This document shows positions 1-9,044 of a DNA stretch of 42,165 nucleotides, in pieces. The translations under genes and the position numbers were made by a program. The notes beneath the pieces were generated by a model. It was not told where the DNA came from and ran no database searches. It worked only from the letters and a program-made list of their open reading frames with translations. Position 1 is the stretch's first letter. Each line of letters begins with the position of its first letter. Source of the stretch: an uncultured Candidatus Saccharibacteria bacterium (GTDB taxonomy: Bacteria > Patescibacteriota > Saccharimonadia > Saccharimonadales > Saccharimonadaceae); assembly GCA_964629385.1 (NCBI GenBank), contig CAZVUR010000001.1:1-42165 (forward strand). Reading direction: 5' to 3'.

Positions 1-381
1 CAAATCATTGCAGATTTGCGTGATTTAGATAAAACCGATGGCCATGACCAACGCCTGGCACGAATTGAAAAACTCGCCGAACTTGAAACTGTAGAGAGCC
101 AACTGATTGATAAGCAGTCATACTTGGCAAACGCCAAGCTATTTCCGCGAAAGCGTGACGCACTACGCGTAGCTATTGGTTCAGTCGTAGAACTCATCGA
201 CTCCAATGGCCGCATGTTGCAGTACCAGCTAGTAGATAGCATAGAAGCCAATCCGTCTGACGGCCGAATTTCTGCCAACAGCCCACTTGGCCAAACGCTA
301 CTTGGTCGTACTATCAAAGAAACGATCCAGTGGGGTAATAAGCTTACACCCAATCAGCTGACCCTTGTGCGAATTTCTTAA
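1..381 (+). CDS. greA: Transcription elongation factor GreA/GreB family, C-terminal part (5' end lies outside the window)
   Basis: Frame 1 is open from base 1. The C-terminal motif ISANSPLGQTLLGRTIKE and the length of the FKBP-like domain match GreA. Confidence 0.7.
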   Translation, partial: QIIADLRDLDKTDGHDQRLARIEKLAELETVESQLIDKQSYLANAKLFPRKRDALRVAIGSVVELIDSNGRMLQYQLVDSIEANPSDGRISANSPLGQTLLGRTIKETIQWGNKLTPNQLTLVRIS

Positions 382-450
382 AGGCAGTTATTTTACCAAT
401 ACAAATGCCGCTCGTAGCCCACGTGAGCGGCATTTTGCTATACTATACGC

Positions 451-945
451 ATGCCAACGTTTTCTTTTGATATAACCTCAGACTACGACAAAGCCGAGAT
501 GAACAATGTATTCGCTCAGGTCGAAAAAGAAATTTCTAACCGCTACGATTTTAAGGGCACACCTGCTGGTATTGAGTGGCTAAGTGATAAATCTGGCTTA
601 AAAATTATTGGCGAGAACGAATGGCAGTGCGACGCCGTGCTTGATATCGTGCGTAAAAAATTAGCTGCCCGCGAACAAAGTTCAAAAGTACTTGATCTTT
701 CAAAAGAACCTATCGTTCAAAATTTAAAATGCACACGTGACATAACTTTTAAAAGTGGCTTAAAACAAGATGATGCCAAAATCATCGCTAAAAAACTTCG
801 TGATGAACTGCCGAAAGTAAAACCACAAATTCAAGGTGAGGAAATTCGTGTCAGTAGTAGCAGTAAGGACGACTTACAAAAAGCCATGCAACTACTTAAA
901 GCAACTGAGTTTGATTTTCCGTTGCAATTTGGCAATTTCCGTTAA
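451..945 (+). CDS. yajQ: YajQ-family nucleotide-binding protein (UPF0234/DUF520)
   Basis: 164 aa, collinear with E. coli YajQ: MPxFxFDI..., RYDFKG..., QIQGEEIRVSSSSKDDLQ..., FPLQFGNFR. Confidence 0.85.
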   Translation: MPTFSFDITSDYDKAEMNNVFAQVEKEISNRYDFKGTPAGIEWLSDKSGLKIIGENEWQCDAVLDIVRKKLAAREQSSKVLDLSKEPIVQNLKCTRDITFKSGLKQDDAKIIAKKLRDELPKVKPQIQGEEIRVSSSSKDDLQKAMQLLKATEFDFPLQFGNFR

Positions 946-1012
946 TTTCTTCAGGGGTGGATTTTAATAGAGTAATTCGCTATAATTGCTCATGCACTTT
1001 ACTTCATAGTAT

Positions 1013-1087
1013 TGGGGTGTCGCCAAGTGGTAAGGCACATGGTTTTGGTCCATGCATTCGGGGGTTCGAATCCCTCCACCCCAGCCA
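1013..1087 (+). tRNA. tRNA-Gln (anticodon UUG), CCA encoded
   Basis: Hand-folded cloverleaf: acceptor TGGGGTG/CACCCCA with U1:A72, G73-CCA, anticodon loop TTTTGGT, T-loop GGTTCGAATCC. Near-identical in outline to E. coli tRNA-Gln. Confidence 0.9.
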
Positions 1088-1108
1088 TGAGTCTTCGAAT
1101 AGACAGAT

Positions 1109-1145
1109 GCAGAGGTGAACACTTCGTTCACCTCTGTTATTTTTG
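1109..1145 (+). terminator. Intrinsic terminator after tRNA-Gln
   Basis: Hairpin GCAGAGGTGAAC-acttc-GTTCACCTCTG followed by TTATTTTT. Confidence 0.6.
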
Positions 1146-1963
1146 TGCAATCAGGGGTTCCAGAAACAATATCTGCGTAAGTTGGTGCTTTGTTAAATAT
1201 TAGCCCAAAATACTTCGCTTGTAGCACCGGATTACAGTGGTGAAGTAGTAGTTCATCCAGGTGTTCCAGAAAATATCTGACTCGTTGCATAATTTCCTCC
1301 ATATTGTTAGGTTTCTGTGGTTTTTGTACCTTTCTCTCGTCTTCGAGTTGTCTGATTTCAACTTCCAGTTTTGCAATATCCTCCTCCATATACTTGATTG
1401 CTGTTTCTGAGTTTAAGAACTTTATCTTATCGACTGATTGACGGATTTGACCGTACAGCTCAGTAAGGCGTAAATCTATGGCTACCGCAGTCGCATGTTC
1501 GGCTAGAAGTTGTTTATCAAAAGCCGTGCCGACTGCGCTCATGAGTGCATCAATGTAATCATCCGAGATGCGCAGATTCTTCACAAAGTTCTCAATCGTC
1601 GCGTCAAACTCCTTCTTTGTTTTGCGGAAATAGTGACCTCGATGATCGCAGTGATAAGCAGGATAGTAACCGCCGTGACGGCCGCGCGAGGCACTACCAT
1701 AAAGCGGTTTTTCGCACTCAGGACACATCACGATGCGCTTGTAAGGGAACTCCGAATTTTTTACGCCCTTATTAAGGAGATGTTCCGGTATCTTACGTCT
1801 GGTGATTGTAATTTCACTTCCACTCTCCGTAATTACAAACTTGTCTCGATTAGCTTTGTTCCATATCGATACAGAGATGAGGCCATCAAATTGGCAACGG
1901 ACTGGTTTGCCCTGCGTCCATTTCTCGGGATTAATGCCAGCGTACACAGGATTCTCAAAAGGC

Positions 1964-1992
1964 TTGATGTTTATACCCCTAGGGGGTATTAT
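1964..1992 (+). promoter_or_regulatory. csoR promoter with a CsoR-type operator in the spacer
   Basis: TTGATG (1964-1969), 17 nt, TATTAT (1987-1992). The spacer holds the GC palindrome ATACCCC-tag-GGGGTAT (1973-1989). The ATG at 1999 lies ~7 nt after the -10, suggesting a leaderless mRNA. Confidence 0.55.
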
Positions 1993-1998
1993 TGAAGT

Positions 1999-2268
1999 AT
2001 GAAGAAAGAGCTAAAGCCACGCGCGATTCGTCGTCTTAAGATTATCGAAGGTCAGATTCGCGGCCTGCAAAAAATGGTCGAAGAAGACAAGTACTGTATC
2101 GACATTATTACCCAGGCCTCGGCAATTAAAGAGGCACTATCCGGCGTCGAAGATTTATTGCTTGAGAATCACTTGAGTACCCATGTTATTCACCAGATTA
2201 AAAGCGGTGAGGATGCGCAGGCGACCGAAGAGATTCTAAAAGTATATAAATTGAAGCGAAAAAAATAA
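1999..2268 (+). CDS. csoR: CsoR/RcnR-family metal-sensing transcriptional repressor
   Basis: 89 aa with RRLKIIEGQIRGLQKMVEEDKYCIDIITQ...ENHLSTHV, the typical DUF156 architecture. Sits upstream of a P1B ATPase. Confidence 0.85.
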   Translation: MKKELKPRAIRRLKIIEGQIRGLQKMVEEDKYCIDIITQASAIKEALSGVEDLLLENHLSTHVIHQIKSGEDAQATEEILKVYKLKRKK

Positions 2269-2294
2269 GTATAGGGATTTAGGAGGGGTAAGAA

Positions 2295-4526
2295 ATGGCA
2301 AAGTACACATGTCCGATGCATCCAGACGTTACGAGCAATGAACCGGGTTTATGTCCGAAATGCAACATGAATCTTGTATCGGATGATGGCACAGAAGATA
2401 AAACCGACGATGATCATGGTCACAGCAACTCATCGGTCACAGCGCATAACAGCGTATACGCTTGTCCTATGCATCCAGATGTTACATCGGATAACCCAGG
2501 TATGTGTCCAAAGTGCCACATGGCACTCGAAAAGAAGAAGCAATCATCACATGCTCAGCACGACCATCATGACAAGCATGCTGGTCACAACCCAAACATG
2601 TTTAGGCAGAAGTTTTGGATTAGTTTGCTACTGACTATTCCGACATTGATATTTTCTCCGATGATACAGGGTTGGTTTGGGGTTAATCTGACATTTACTG
2701 GTAGTGAATATATCTCAGCAATCTTCGGCATCATTATATTCTTTTACGGTGGCATGGTGTTTCTAAAAAGTGCCAAAGCGGAGCTTGCGGCTCGACAGCC
2801 GGGTATGATGACACTGATTTCGATGGCGATAACAGTGGCGTTTGTCTATAGTACGCTCGTAACGCTCAAGCTCGTTAACGGCATGGACTTTTGGTGGGAA
2901 CTTGCCACACTGGTGACGATTATGTTGCTCGGACATTGGCTAGAAATGGCATCAGTGGAAAGTGCCCAGGGCGCACTCAACGAGCTTGCCAAACTGCTGC
3001 CTGATGAAGCGGAGCTGATCGAACATGGAAAAAGTCGCAAGGTCTCGGTAAGTCAGCTTAAGGTAGGTGATTCTGTATTGGTTCGCCCCGGCGCGCAGGT
3101 TCCGGTAGATGGAAAAGTCATCAAAGGTAGTTCTGAGGTTAACGAATCAATGCTAACCGGTGAATCAAAGCCGGTGAAGAAAACAGTCGGAGCTGAGGTT
3201 ATTGGTGGGACGATTAATGCAAATGGTGCTTTAACGATTGAAGTTACGAAAGTTGGCGGCGATACGACGCTGGCCGGCATTATGAAACTGGTTGAAGATG
3301 CCCAAACTAGCAAGTCAAAAACTCAAGTGCTGGCAGATAAAGCGGCCTTCTACCTGACATTTGTTGCGCTTGGTGCGGCACTCCTGACATGGATAGGCTG
3401 GTGGATGGCTGGTGCGTCGGCGGACTTTATTTTTGAACGAGTTGTCACCGTACTGGTAATTGCCTGTCCGCATGCGCTTGGTCTGGCTATTCCTCTCGTC
3501 ACGGCTATCTCTACGACACTCGCAGCGAAAAATGGGTTGCTGGTACGGGAACGTATGGCACTTGAATCGGCACGTAATATCGACGTCATACTATTTGATA
3601 AGACAGGCACGCTTACTAAGGGTGAGCAAGGCGTGGTTGGCATCCTCGCCAAAGACCAGAGCCGTACTTTGAGTATTGCTGCTGCACTTGAACGCGAATC
3701 AGAGCATCCGATTGCAAAAGCAATTTTCCAGTACGCACACGATCAAAATGTGCCGGAAACTCACACCACTGACTTTTCGGCACTTTCTGGCCGTGGTGTA
3801 CGAGCTAAAGTTGATGGCAAAACTGTGTATGTCGGCGGTCCGAGACTACTTGAAGAGTTGAAACTGAAGCTTGATAATGAATTACAAAAGGCAGCAGATG
3901 AAGCCTCAAACGACGGAAAAACAGTTGTGTATGTCGTCGAAAACGAGACCATTCTCGGTGCAATTATGCTAGCTGATGTTATCCGCGAAGAGTCCAAGGA
4001 GGCCGTTACTCGGCTGCACAGTATGGGCAAACGCGTTGCGATGCTAACAGGAGACAGTAAGGGCGTGGCGGCTTGGGTTGCCAAAGAACTCGGCATCAAA
4101 GAGTACTTCGCCGAAGTCCTGCCGGAGAATAAAGCCGAAACGGTCAAGAAGCTACAGGCTGATGGCAGTCGAGTTGCCATGGTTGGCGACGGCGTGAACG
4201 ATGCGCCTGCACTAACACAGGCAAATATAGGCATTGCGATTGGTGCTGGTACGGACGTGGCGATTGAGTCGGCAGGTATCGTGCTAGCGAGCAGCGACCC
4301 GCGCGGTGTGGCGAAGATAGTCACGCTTTCAAAAGCAACCTACCGTAAGATGCTGCAAAACCTTGCCTGGGCAACTGGTTACAATGCCCTCGCGATTCCA
4401 TTGGCCGCTGGCGTCACTTCGGCATTTGGTTTTGTCCTCTCGCCAGCATTAGGGGCAGTACTAATGTCACTTTCGACGATTATTGTTGCTATCAATGCTC
4501 AGTTCTTACGACGGATTAAATTATAA
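2295..4526 (+). CDS. copB: Heavy-metal (copper) translocating P1B-type ATPase, CPH-type with a His-rich N-terminus
   Basis: DKTGTLT, GDGVNDAP, TGES and a transmembrane CPH motif (VIACPHALGL). The N-terminus has two CPMHPDVTS..CPKC fingers and His-rich stretches. Confidence 0.9.
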   Translation: MAKYTCPMHPDVTSNEPGLCPKCNMNLVSDDGTEDKTDDDHGHSNSSVTAHNSVYACPMHPDVTSDNPGMCPKCHMALEKKKQSSHAQHDHHDKHAGHNPNMFRQKFWISLLLTIPTLIFSPMIQGWFGVNLTFTGSEYISAIFGIIIFFYGGMVFLKSAKAELAARQPGMMTLISMAITVAFVYSTLVTLKLVNGMDFWWELATLVTIMLLGHWLEMASVESAQGALNELAKLLPDEAELIEHGKSRKVSVSQLKVGDSVLVRPGAQVPVDGKVIKGSSEVNESMLTGESKPVKKTVGAEVIGGTINANGALTIEVTKVGGDTTLAGIMKLVEDAQTSKSKTQVLADKAAFYLTFVALGAALLTWIGWWMAGASADFIFERVVTVLVIACPHALGLAIPLVTAISTTLAAKNGLLVRERMALESARNIDVILFDKTGTLTKGEQGVVGILAKDQSRTLSIAAALERESEHPIAKAIFQYAHDQNVPETHTTDFSALSGRGVRAKVDGKTVYVGGPRLLEELKLKLDNELQKAADEASNDGKTVVYVVENETILGAIMLADVIREESKEAVTRLHSMGKRVAMLTGDSKGVAAWVAKELGIKEYFAEVLPENKAETVKKLQADGSRVAMVGDGVNDAPALTQANIGIAIGAGTDVAIESAGIVLASSDPRGVAKIVTLSKATYRKMLQNLAWATGYNALAIPLAAGVTSAFGFVLSPALGAVLMSLSTIIVAINAQFLRRIKL

Positions 4527-4537
4527 GGAGCTAACCC

Positions 4538-5488
4538 ATGCATAACCACGACGAACACGAACATCATCACCATCATCATAATACTGACACTGCTGATATT
4601 CCTGCCGACCGTATGGCCGTCTGTCCAGTAACAGGCGACGCAATCGATACAGCAGAAGCTGAAAAGCTTGGACATTTCAGGGACGTGGACGGCCAGCGAA
4701 TGTATTTGTGCTGCGATACATGTGTACAGCTGTTCGATAAAAATCCTGAGCAGTACGTAGATCATCATCTTGGCCACGAACATCACCGGCATATTCCGAC
4801 AACAGGCACACTTCGCTTGAAGGAAAAAGAACACCTGACAGATAATGTTTGGGCGTTTCGTTTCACTACCGACCAGCCGCTATCGTGGACACCGGGTCAA
4901 TTCATTCGTATTGAAATTCCTCATGACAACCCTGACGGTGAAGGCACTAAACGATGGTTCACTATCTCATCAACGCCACATGATGGCTTTATCCAAATCA
5001 CGACTCGTGTGACCGATACTTCGTTTAAGCGAGCATTAGCTGCTCTCGAAGTTGGCGAAAAAGTACAGCTCATCGAGCAGCCAGATGGCGATTTTGTCTG
5101 GAAAGAGAGCGATAAGCCGTTAATATTCGTCGCAGGAGGTATCGGGATTACACCATTTTACAGCATGCTGAGGGCGCAAGGTCATAGCAGGCTACCGGTA
5201 TCTGCTACGCTTATCTACAATGGACGAACAGAGGATTTACCATTTAAGACAGAGTTTGAAGAAGCAAGTAAGCGTCATCCGGAGTTTACCGTGCATTATA
5301 TTATCGGTGAGCCAGTTAGCATCGAAAAGCTGACTGAAATTGTACCAGCCATCAACACATCACAAGTTTATATTTCAGGCCCCGAATCAATGGTTGAGAC
5401 ACTCGGCAAACAGTTAGAAGACAATGGGTTGGCTAGCAATAATCTCCATCAAGATTTCTTTCCTCATTACAACGAAGCGAATTACTAG
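4538..5488 (+). CDS. His-rich/YHS metal-binding domain fused to a ferredoxin-NADP reductase-like flavoprotein
   Basis: N-terminal HEHHHHHH and a YHS-like CPVTGD...YLCCDTCVQLF. C-terminal RWFTISS (RxYS-like FAD motif) and GGIGITP (NAD(P) motif). Confidence 0.7.
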   Translation: MHNHDEHEHHHHHHNTDTADIPADRMAVCPVTGDAIDTAEAEKLGHFRDVDGQRMYLCCDTCVQLFDKNPEQYVDHHLGHEHHRHIPTTGTLRLKEKEHLTDNVWAFRFTTDQPLSWTPGQFIRIEIPHDNPDGEGTKRWFTISSTPHDGFIQITTRVTDTSFKRALAALEVGEKVQLIEQPDGDFVWKESDKPLIFVAGGIGITPFYSMLRAQGHSRLPVSATLIYNGRTEDLPFKTEFEEASKRHPEFTVHYIIGEPVSIEKLTEIVPAINTSQVYISGPESMVETLGKQLEDNGLASNNLHQDFFPHYNEANY

Positions 5489-5527
5489 AAATATGACACA
5501 TGGTGCTACTTACGGTAAAATAAAGAT

Positions 5528-5902
5528 ATGAAGAGAGTCTTCCGTGGAATTGTTTCGGTGTTCATGCTGACAGTGCTTAGCGTACTGTCGTTAGGTGTAC
5601 ACGCAGCCGCAGCACAGACGATGAACATGAAGCACTCGATGGGGGGTGCATCCCATCAGATGAGCTCATCTAGCTGTTTTACTGCATGCACGACAGCAAC
5701 ACTCCACAAGGAGGACATTCTCAAAGATAGTGAAAAGGATGAGGACGATGAGCTCCAGCCTCCGTTTTATGTCCAATTTCAAGCATCGCCCATGTTGGCT
5801 TCGGAGGAAATACATCGTCAAGAGGCAAAGTCTGCCATAGATCGAGAGCCACCTCCTGGCGGCGCACCTGCTTATATAGAGCTGGCTGTTTTTCGCGCCT
5901 GA
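5528..5902 (+). CDS. Secreted Met/His-rich hypothetical protein in the copper island
   Basis: Signal-peptide-like N-terminus (VFMLTVLSVLSLGVHAAAA) followed by QTMNMKHSMGGASHQM. No recognisable family. Confidence 0.45.
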   Translation: MKRVFRGIVSVFMLTVLSVLSLGVHAAAAQTMNMKHSMGGASHQMSSSSCFTACTTATLHKEDILKDSEKDEDDELQPPFYVQFQASPMLASEEIHRQEAKSAIDREPPPGGAPAYIELAVFRA

Positions 5903-5950
5903 GAATCACTATTTATGCATATTTGATAAATAGTTAACTTAGGAGTAACC

Positions 5951-6619
5951 ATGAACAATAAGAAATTCTTTACTATAATTGCTGCTGTGATTGTTTTGGC
6001 AGTCGGCGGTGCCGCACTGTATTACGGTCTACGTGGCGACACAACTGCGCCGAATAGTTCTGATATGTCCGGTATGAACCACTCTATGAACAATAGTGAC
6101 TCATTAGTTGACACGAGTAGTACTACTTACAAGCAGTACGCAGCTCTGACGGGAGAAGAATATGACCGGAACTTCATTGCTAATATGATTGTTCATCATG
6201 AGGGCGCTGTTAGTATGGCCGAACTTGCATTAGCCAATGCGAAACATCAGGAGTTTAAAGACATGGCAAATGACATCATCTCTGCTCAAAATGAAGAAAT
6301 TAGCCAGATGAAGTCATGGCAGCAGGCTTGGGGCTATCCATCATCAAGTGGGGATAATATGATGGATCACTCTGCAATGGGTATGATGAGTGAGATGTCC
6401 GGAATGGAAGACGCACTAAAAGGCAAAACTGGTGATGAATTCGATAAGGCGTTTATCGAGCAAATGGTTATGCACCATCAATCAGCGATAGACATGGCTG
6501 GACCTGGTGAAGAGAATGCCGAGCATGAAGAACTGGGAGATTTAACAAAAGCCATTGTCGTCGCGCAGACAAAAGAAATTAAACAAATGAAACAATGGCA
6601 GTCTGACTGGGGCTACTAA
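5951..6619 (+). CDS. DUF305 domain protein (two repeats), membrane anchored
   Basis: Two copies of FIxxMIxHHxxAxxMA (FIANMIVHHEGAVSMA, FIEQMVMHHQSAIDMA) and a ...QMKxWQxxWGY ending. Confidence 0.8.
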   Translation: MNNKKFFTIIAAVIVLAVGGAALYYGLRGDTTAPNSSDMSGMNHSMNNSDSLVDTSSTTYKQYAALTGEEYDRNFIANMIVHHEGAVSMAELALANAKHQEFKDMANDIISAQNEEISQMKSWQQAWGYPSSSGDNMMDHSAMGMMSEMSGMEDALKGKTGDEFDKAFIEQMVMHHQSAIDMAGPGEENAEHEELGDLTKAIVVAQTKEIKQMKQWQSDWGY

Positions 6620-7227
6620 TGAAACGAGCGCTAGTAGCAGGCTTTCTAGCTGTGGCTGCATTGGGTGTAGCGGGTTGGTTCTTATTCAAAGGCCAACCTG
6701 CGTCAACACCCAGAGAGGCCAACGGTAACGCTCAAAGGCAAGAACAGACCTCGAACCCGAACGAACATGACTTCTTTGATGTTGACTTTTCTCGAAAGAT
6801 GATTGTTCACCACCAGCAGGCCATAGAAATGACCGATGCGATACTGGTGACTTCAGCAAATCCAACGATTCGCGAGCTTGCTACTTCGATACGCCAGAAA
6901 CAGTCTGAAGCCGAGCAGCGGTATAAGGACTGGCTGAATGAGTGGGGTGAAACGTATACCAATTTATCGGACTTCCCACAAATGGACGGGCATGATATGT
7001 ATCCATCGTATCCGGGCTTAGTGCCCGCAGCGAGTATGAGTAAGCTTAAGTCTGCAGCGGGCACCGAAGCAGATGAGCTGTTCGTAAGCTTAATCACCGT
7101 ACACCATCAAGGCGGCATCGAGATAGGTGAAATGAGTAGGAAACTTCAGTACGGCAAGCTCATCGAATATAAGAATAAAGTCTTTAAAAGCTATCAAGAC
7201 GACCTTGATAGGCTCAAGTTGTTATAA
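6619..7227 (+). CDS. DUF305 domain protein
   Basis: FSRKMIVHHQQAIEMT and FVSLITVHHQGGIEIG motifs. Its start overlaps the previous stop codon. Confidence 0.75.
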   Translation: MKRALVAGFLAVAALGVAGWFLFKGQPASTPREANGNAQRQEQTSNPNEHDFFDVDFSRKMIVHHQQAIEMTDAILVTSANPTIRELATSIRQKQSEAEQRYKDWLNEWGETYTNLSDFPQMDGHDMYPSYPGLVPAASMSKLKSAAGTEADELFVSLITVHHQGGIEIGEMSRKLQYGKLIEYKNKVFKSYQDDLDRLKLL

Positions 7228-7237
7228 AGGAGCATGA

Positions 7238-7894
7238 ATGAAGATTAGTAGGAATAAGATATTCATAGTCATTGTGACTATACTAGCGATTGTTGCCGCA
7301 GCCATTTGGTATTTTGGTGTGTTTTCGATTAAGCCCGAGAAGGTCACTCCCGCTAACGATGCAGCAAAAACAAAGCAGACTAAGGAACAAGTTTCGGATA
7401 GTAAGTTTGCAACACTTACAGGCGATGCCTTTGATGAGGCCTTCATCGCTGATATGCTTGCTCATCACGATGGAGCAATCACTATGTCGGAGCAGGCACA
7501 AGCTATGACGGCACATGAGGAAATTAGAACTCTCGCCGGTAATATTACGCAAGCGCAATCAATGGAAATGATTCAAATGCGTGAATGGCAGCAAGCATGG
7601 GGCTTTAAGATCACGAATAGTGGCGGTCACATGAGTCATGGCGGAGGCGGAATGGAGATGGCGGGCGACATGGTTGAGATGCAAAACAAACTAAATGATT
7701 TAACTGGTGAAGCTTATGACAAGGAATTTCTTAAGCAAATGATCCTTCATCACGAGCAAGCCGTAGATATGGCTAAATATGCGGACAGTAATGCCAAGCG
7801 TCAAGAGATAAAAGACTTAGCCAGTGTCATCATTACGGCCCAAAAAGCAGAAATACAACAGATGAAACAGTGGCAAGATAGCTGGGGCTACTAG
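7238..7894 (+). CDS. DUF305 domain protein (two repeats), membrane anchored
   Basis: FIADMLAHHDGAITMS and FLKQMILHHEQAVDMA motifs. Ends QMKQWQDSWGY like the 5951 gene. Confidence 0.8.
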   Translation: MKISRNKIFIVIVTILAIVAAAIWYFGVFSIKPEKVTPANDAAKTKQTKEQVSDSKFATLTGDAFDEAFIADMLAHHDGAITMSEQAQAMTAHEEIRTLAGNITQAQSMEMIQMREWQQAWGFKITNSGGHMSHGGGGMEMAGDMVEMQNKLNDLTGEAYDKEFLKQMILHHEQAVDMAKYADSNAKRQEIKDLASVIITAQKAEIQQMKQWQDSWGY

Positions 7895-7897
7895 TAC

Positions 7898-8302
7898 ATG
7901 CATAACAAGAGTACGATCATATTTTTAGTAATTTTCTTGCTACTACTAGGGGCTATTGGTAGTGGTATTTGGACGGCGCTTAACAATCGTCAAGCTCAGC
8001 CAACTCATGACACGCAAACCTCCGATGAGGCCAAAGTGTTTACGCAAAATGAGGTTGCCGAACATGCGACAAAGGATGATTGCTGGACGATTATTTCTGG
8101 TGACGTATACGATCTGACAAAGTTCATCAACCGCCATCCTGGTGGTAATGAAATACTTCGAGCATGTGGTGTGGACGCTACTGATCTATTTAACTCTCGA
8201 ATGACTACCGCTGGCCAGCCTGTCGGCTCGGGTTCCCCGCACAGTCAAGTGGCACGCGAGCAGTTGGCGCAACTAAAAATTGGAGTATACAGTCAAGAAT
8301 AA
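7898..8302 (+). CDS. Membrane-anchored cytochrome b5-like heme-binding domain protein
   Basis: N-terminal TM helix, then EVAEHATKDDCWTIISGDVYDLTKFINRHPGG, which is the cyt b5 HPGG motif. Confidence 0.75.
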   Translation: MHNKSTIIFLVIFLLLLGAIGSGIWTALNNRQAQPTHDTQTSDEAKVFTQNEVAEHATKDDCWTIISGDVYDLTKFINRHPGGNEILRACGVDATDLFNSRMTTAGQPVGSGSPHSQVAREQLAQLKIGVYSQE

Positions 8303-8467
8303 TCAAGAAACAGTCAGCCTTAGCAGGTTTACGTCATCGTTTGCGGCAAAATAGAATAGTTTTGTGTCGTTATTGATTTTCATTACATATTTAATCTTTT
8401 TTAACAAAGTTTTAAAAATACGTAGTAGAATTTGCAATATTACCAAAAGTGTTACAAATACTCATGA

Positions 8468-8497
8468 GTTCGAAACACGTCCACTAGCCCCATACCA
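8468..8497 (+). repeat. tRNA-3'-end-like core repeat, copy 0 (diverged)
   Basis: GTTCGAAACACGTCCACTAGCCCCATACCA. Compare the tRNA-Gln 3' end GTTCGAATCCCTCCACCCCAGCCA and the other core copies. Confidence 0.6.
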
Positions 8498-8500
8498 TTA

Positions 8501-8532
8501 TTGACAAATAATACAACTTATGCTAATATAAT
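8501..8532 (+). promoter_or_regulatory. Near-consensus sigma70 promoter P1 driving GC-rich cassette 1
   Basis: TTGACA (8501-8506), 17 nt, TAATAT (8524-8529) with TG at 8521-8522. An alternative TATAAT lies at 8527-8532. Confidence 0.65.
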
Positions 8533-8595
8533 ATTGATGTCCTAGCTTTGGAATCCGAGATTTCTCCACTCGACAAGAGGAGGCGAGGAGTTAAC

Positions 8596-9039
8596 ATGAA
8601 CACGCAGACCCTGGTCGAGTTCGACCAGAGCCAGGCCCAGACCTACAACGCGCTCTACGTCGTGAAGCAGGCCGTTCTCGTTCCCGTCCCGGACGGCATC
8701 GAGACGGTCATCAACGCGGAGTGGGGCGAGGAGCAGAAGTTCGTCGGTGCCTGGTACGGCATCTACGTCGACGGCGCGATCGTCTACGGCTCCGCCAAGA
8801 AGGAGTTCGACGACAGCCACGGCAAGACCGACGAGCTCGAGAACGGGTACTTCAAGGACACGCCCATCAGCGCGTACCAGTACCACGGCCCGACCGCACG
8901 AGTCCAGACCGTCCTCGCGGACGGCACCGTCGAGACCGGGAACACCATCTCGGACGGCGACTGGCTCGTGAAGTGGCCGGCCGGCGAGGTCGGAGTCCTG
9001 AAGGACGACAACTTCCGCAAGCGCTACCAGGTCAACTGA
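8596..9039 (+). CDS. GC-rich foreign ORF 1a, hypothetical protein (147 aa)
   Basis: ATG at 8596 lies 5 nt after GAGGAG. G/C-dominated third codon positions. The C-terminal DGDWLVKWPAGEVGVL is weakly reminiscent of small phage-type PGDYG-like proteins (unverified). Confidence 0.7.
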   Translation: MNTQTLVEFDQSQAQTYNALYVVKQAVLVPVPDGIETVINAEWGEEQKFVGAWYGIYVDGAIVYGSAKKEFDDSHGKTDELENGYFKDTPISAYQYHGPTARVQTVLADGTVETGNTISDGDWLVKWPAGEVGVLKDDNFRKRYQVN

Positions 9040-9044
9040 TCCAC

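Larger units (their letters stand above)
964..1947 (-). pseudogene. Large serine recombinase, C-terminal fragment only. It keeps the recombinase-domain tail, zinc ribbon and coiled coil, and lacks the N-terminal resolvase catalytic domain.
   Basis: Motifs CPECEKPLYGSASRGRHGGYYPAYHCDHRGHYF (Zn-ribbon type) and a long coiled coil (LEVEIRQLEDERK). There is no catalytic Ser domain. The last ~40 codons are antisense to tRNA-Gln and its terminator, so the true 3' end is uncertain. Confidence 0.6.

Noticed and set aside
1012-2002. Plus-strand ORFs 1012-1203, 1510-1995, 1545-1775 and 1802-2002.
   Set aside because: They overlap the tRNA or lie antisense to the recombinase fragment. No homology or RBS was found.
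2374-4834. Internal and antisense ORFs within copB and the YHS-FNR gene: 2374-2634, 2846-3040(-), 3053-3313(-), 3350-3652(-), 3460-3672, 3676-3861, 3761-4324(-) and 4499-4834(-).
   Set aside because: They are shadow ORFs of a strongly supported long CDS, and their translations are of low complexity.
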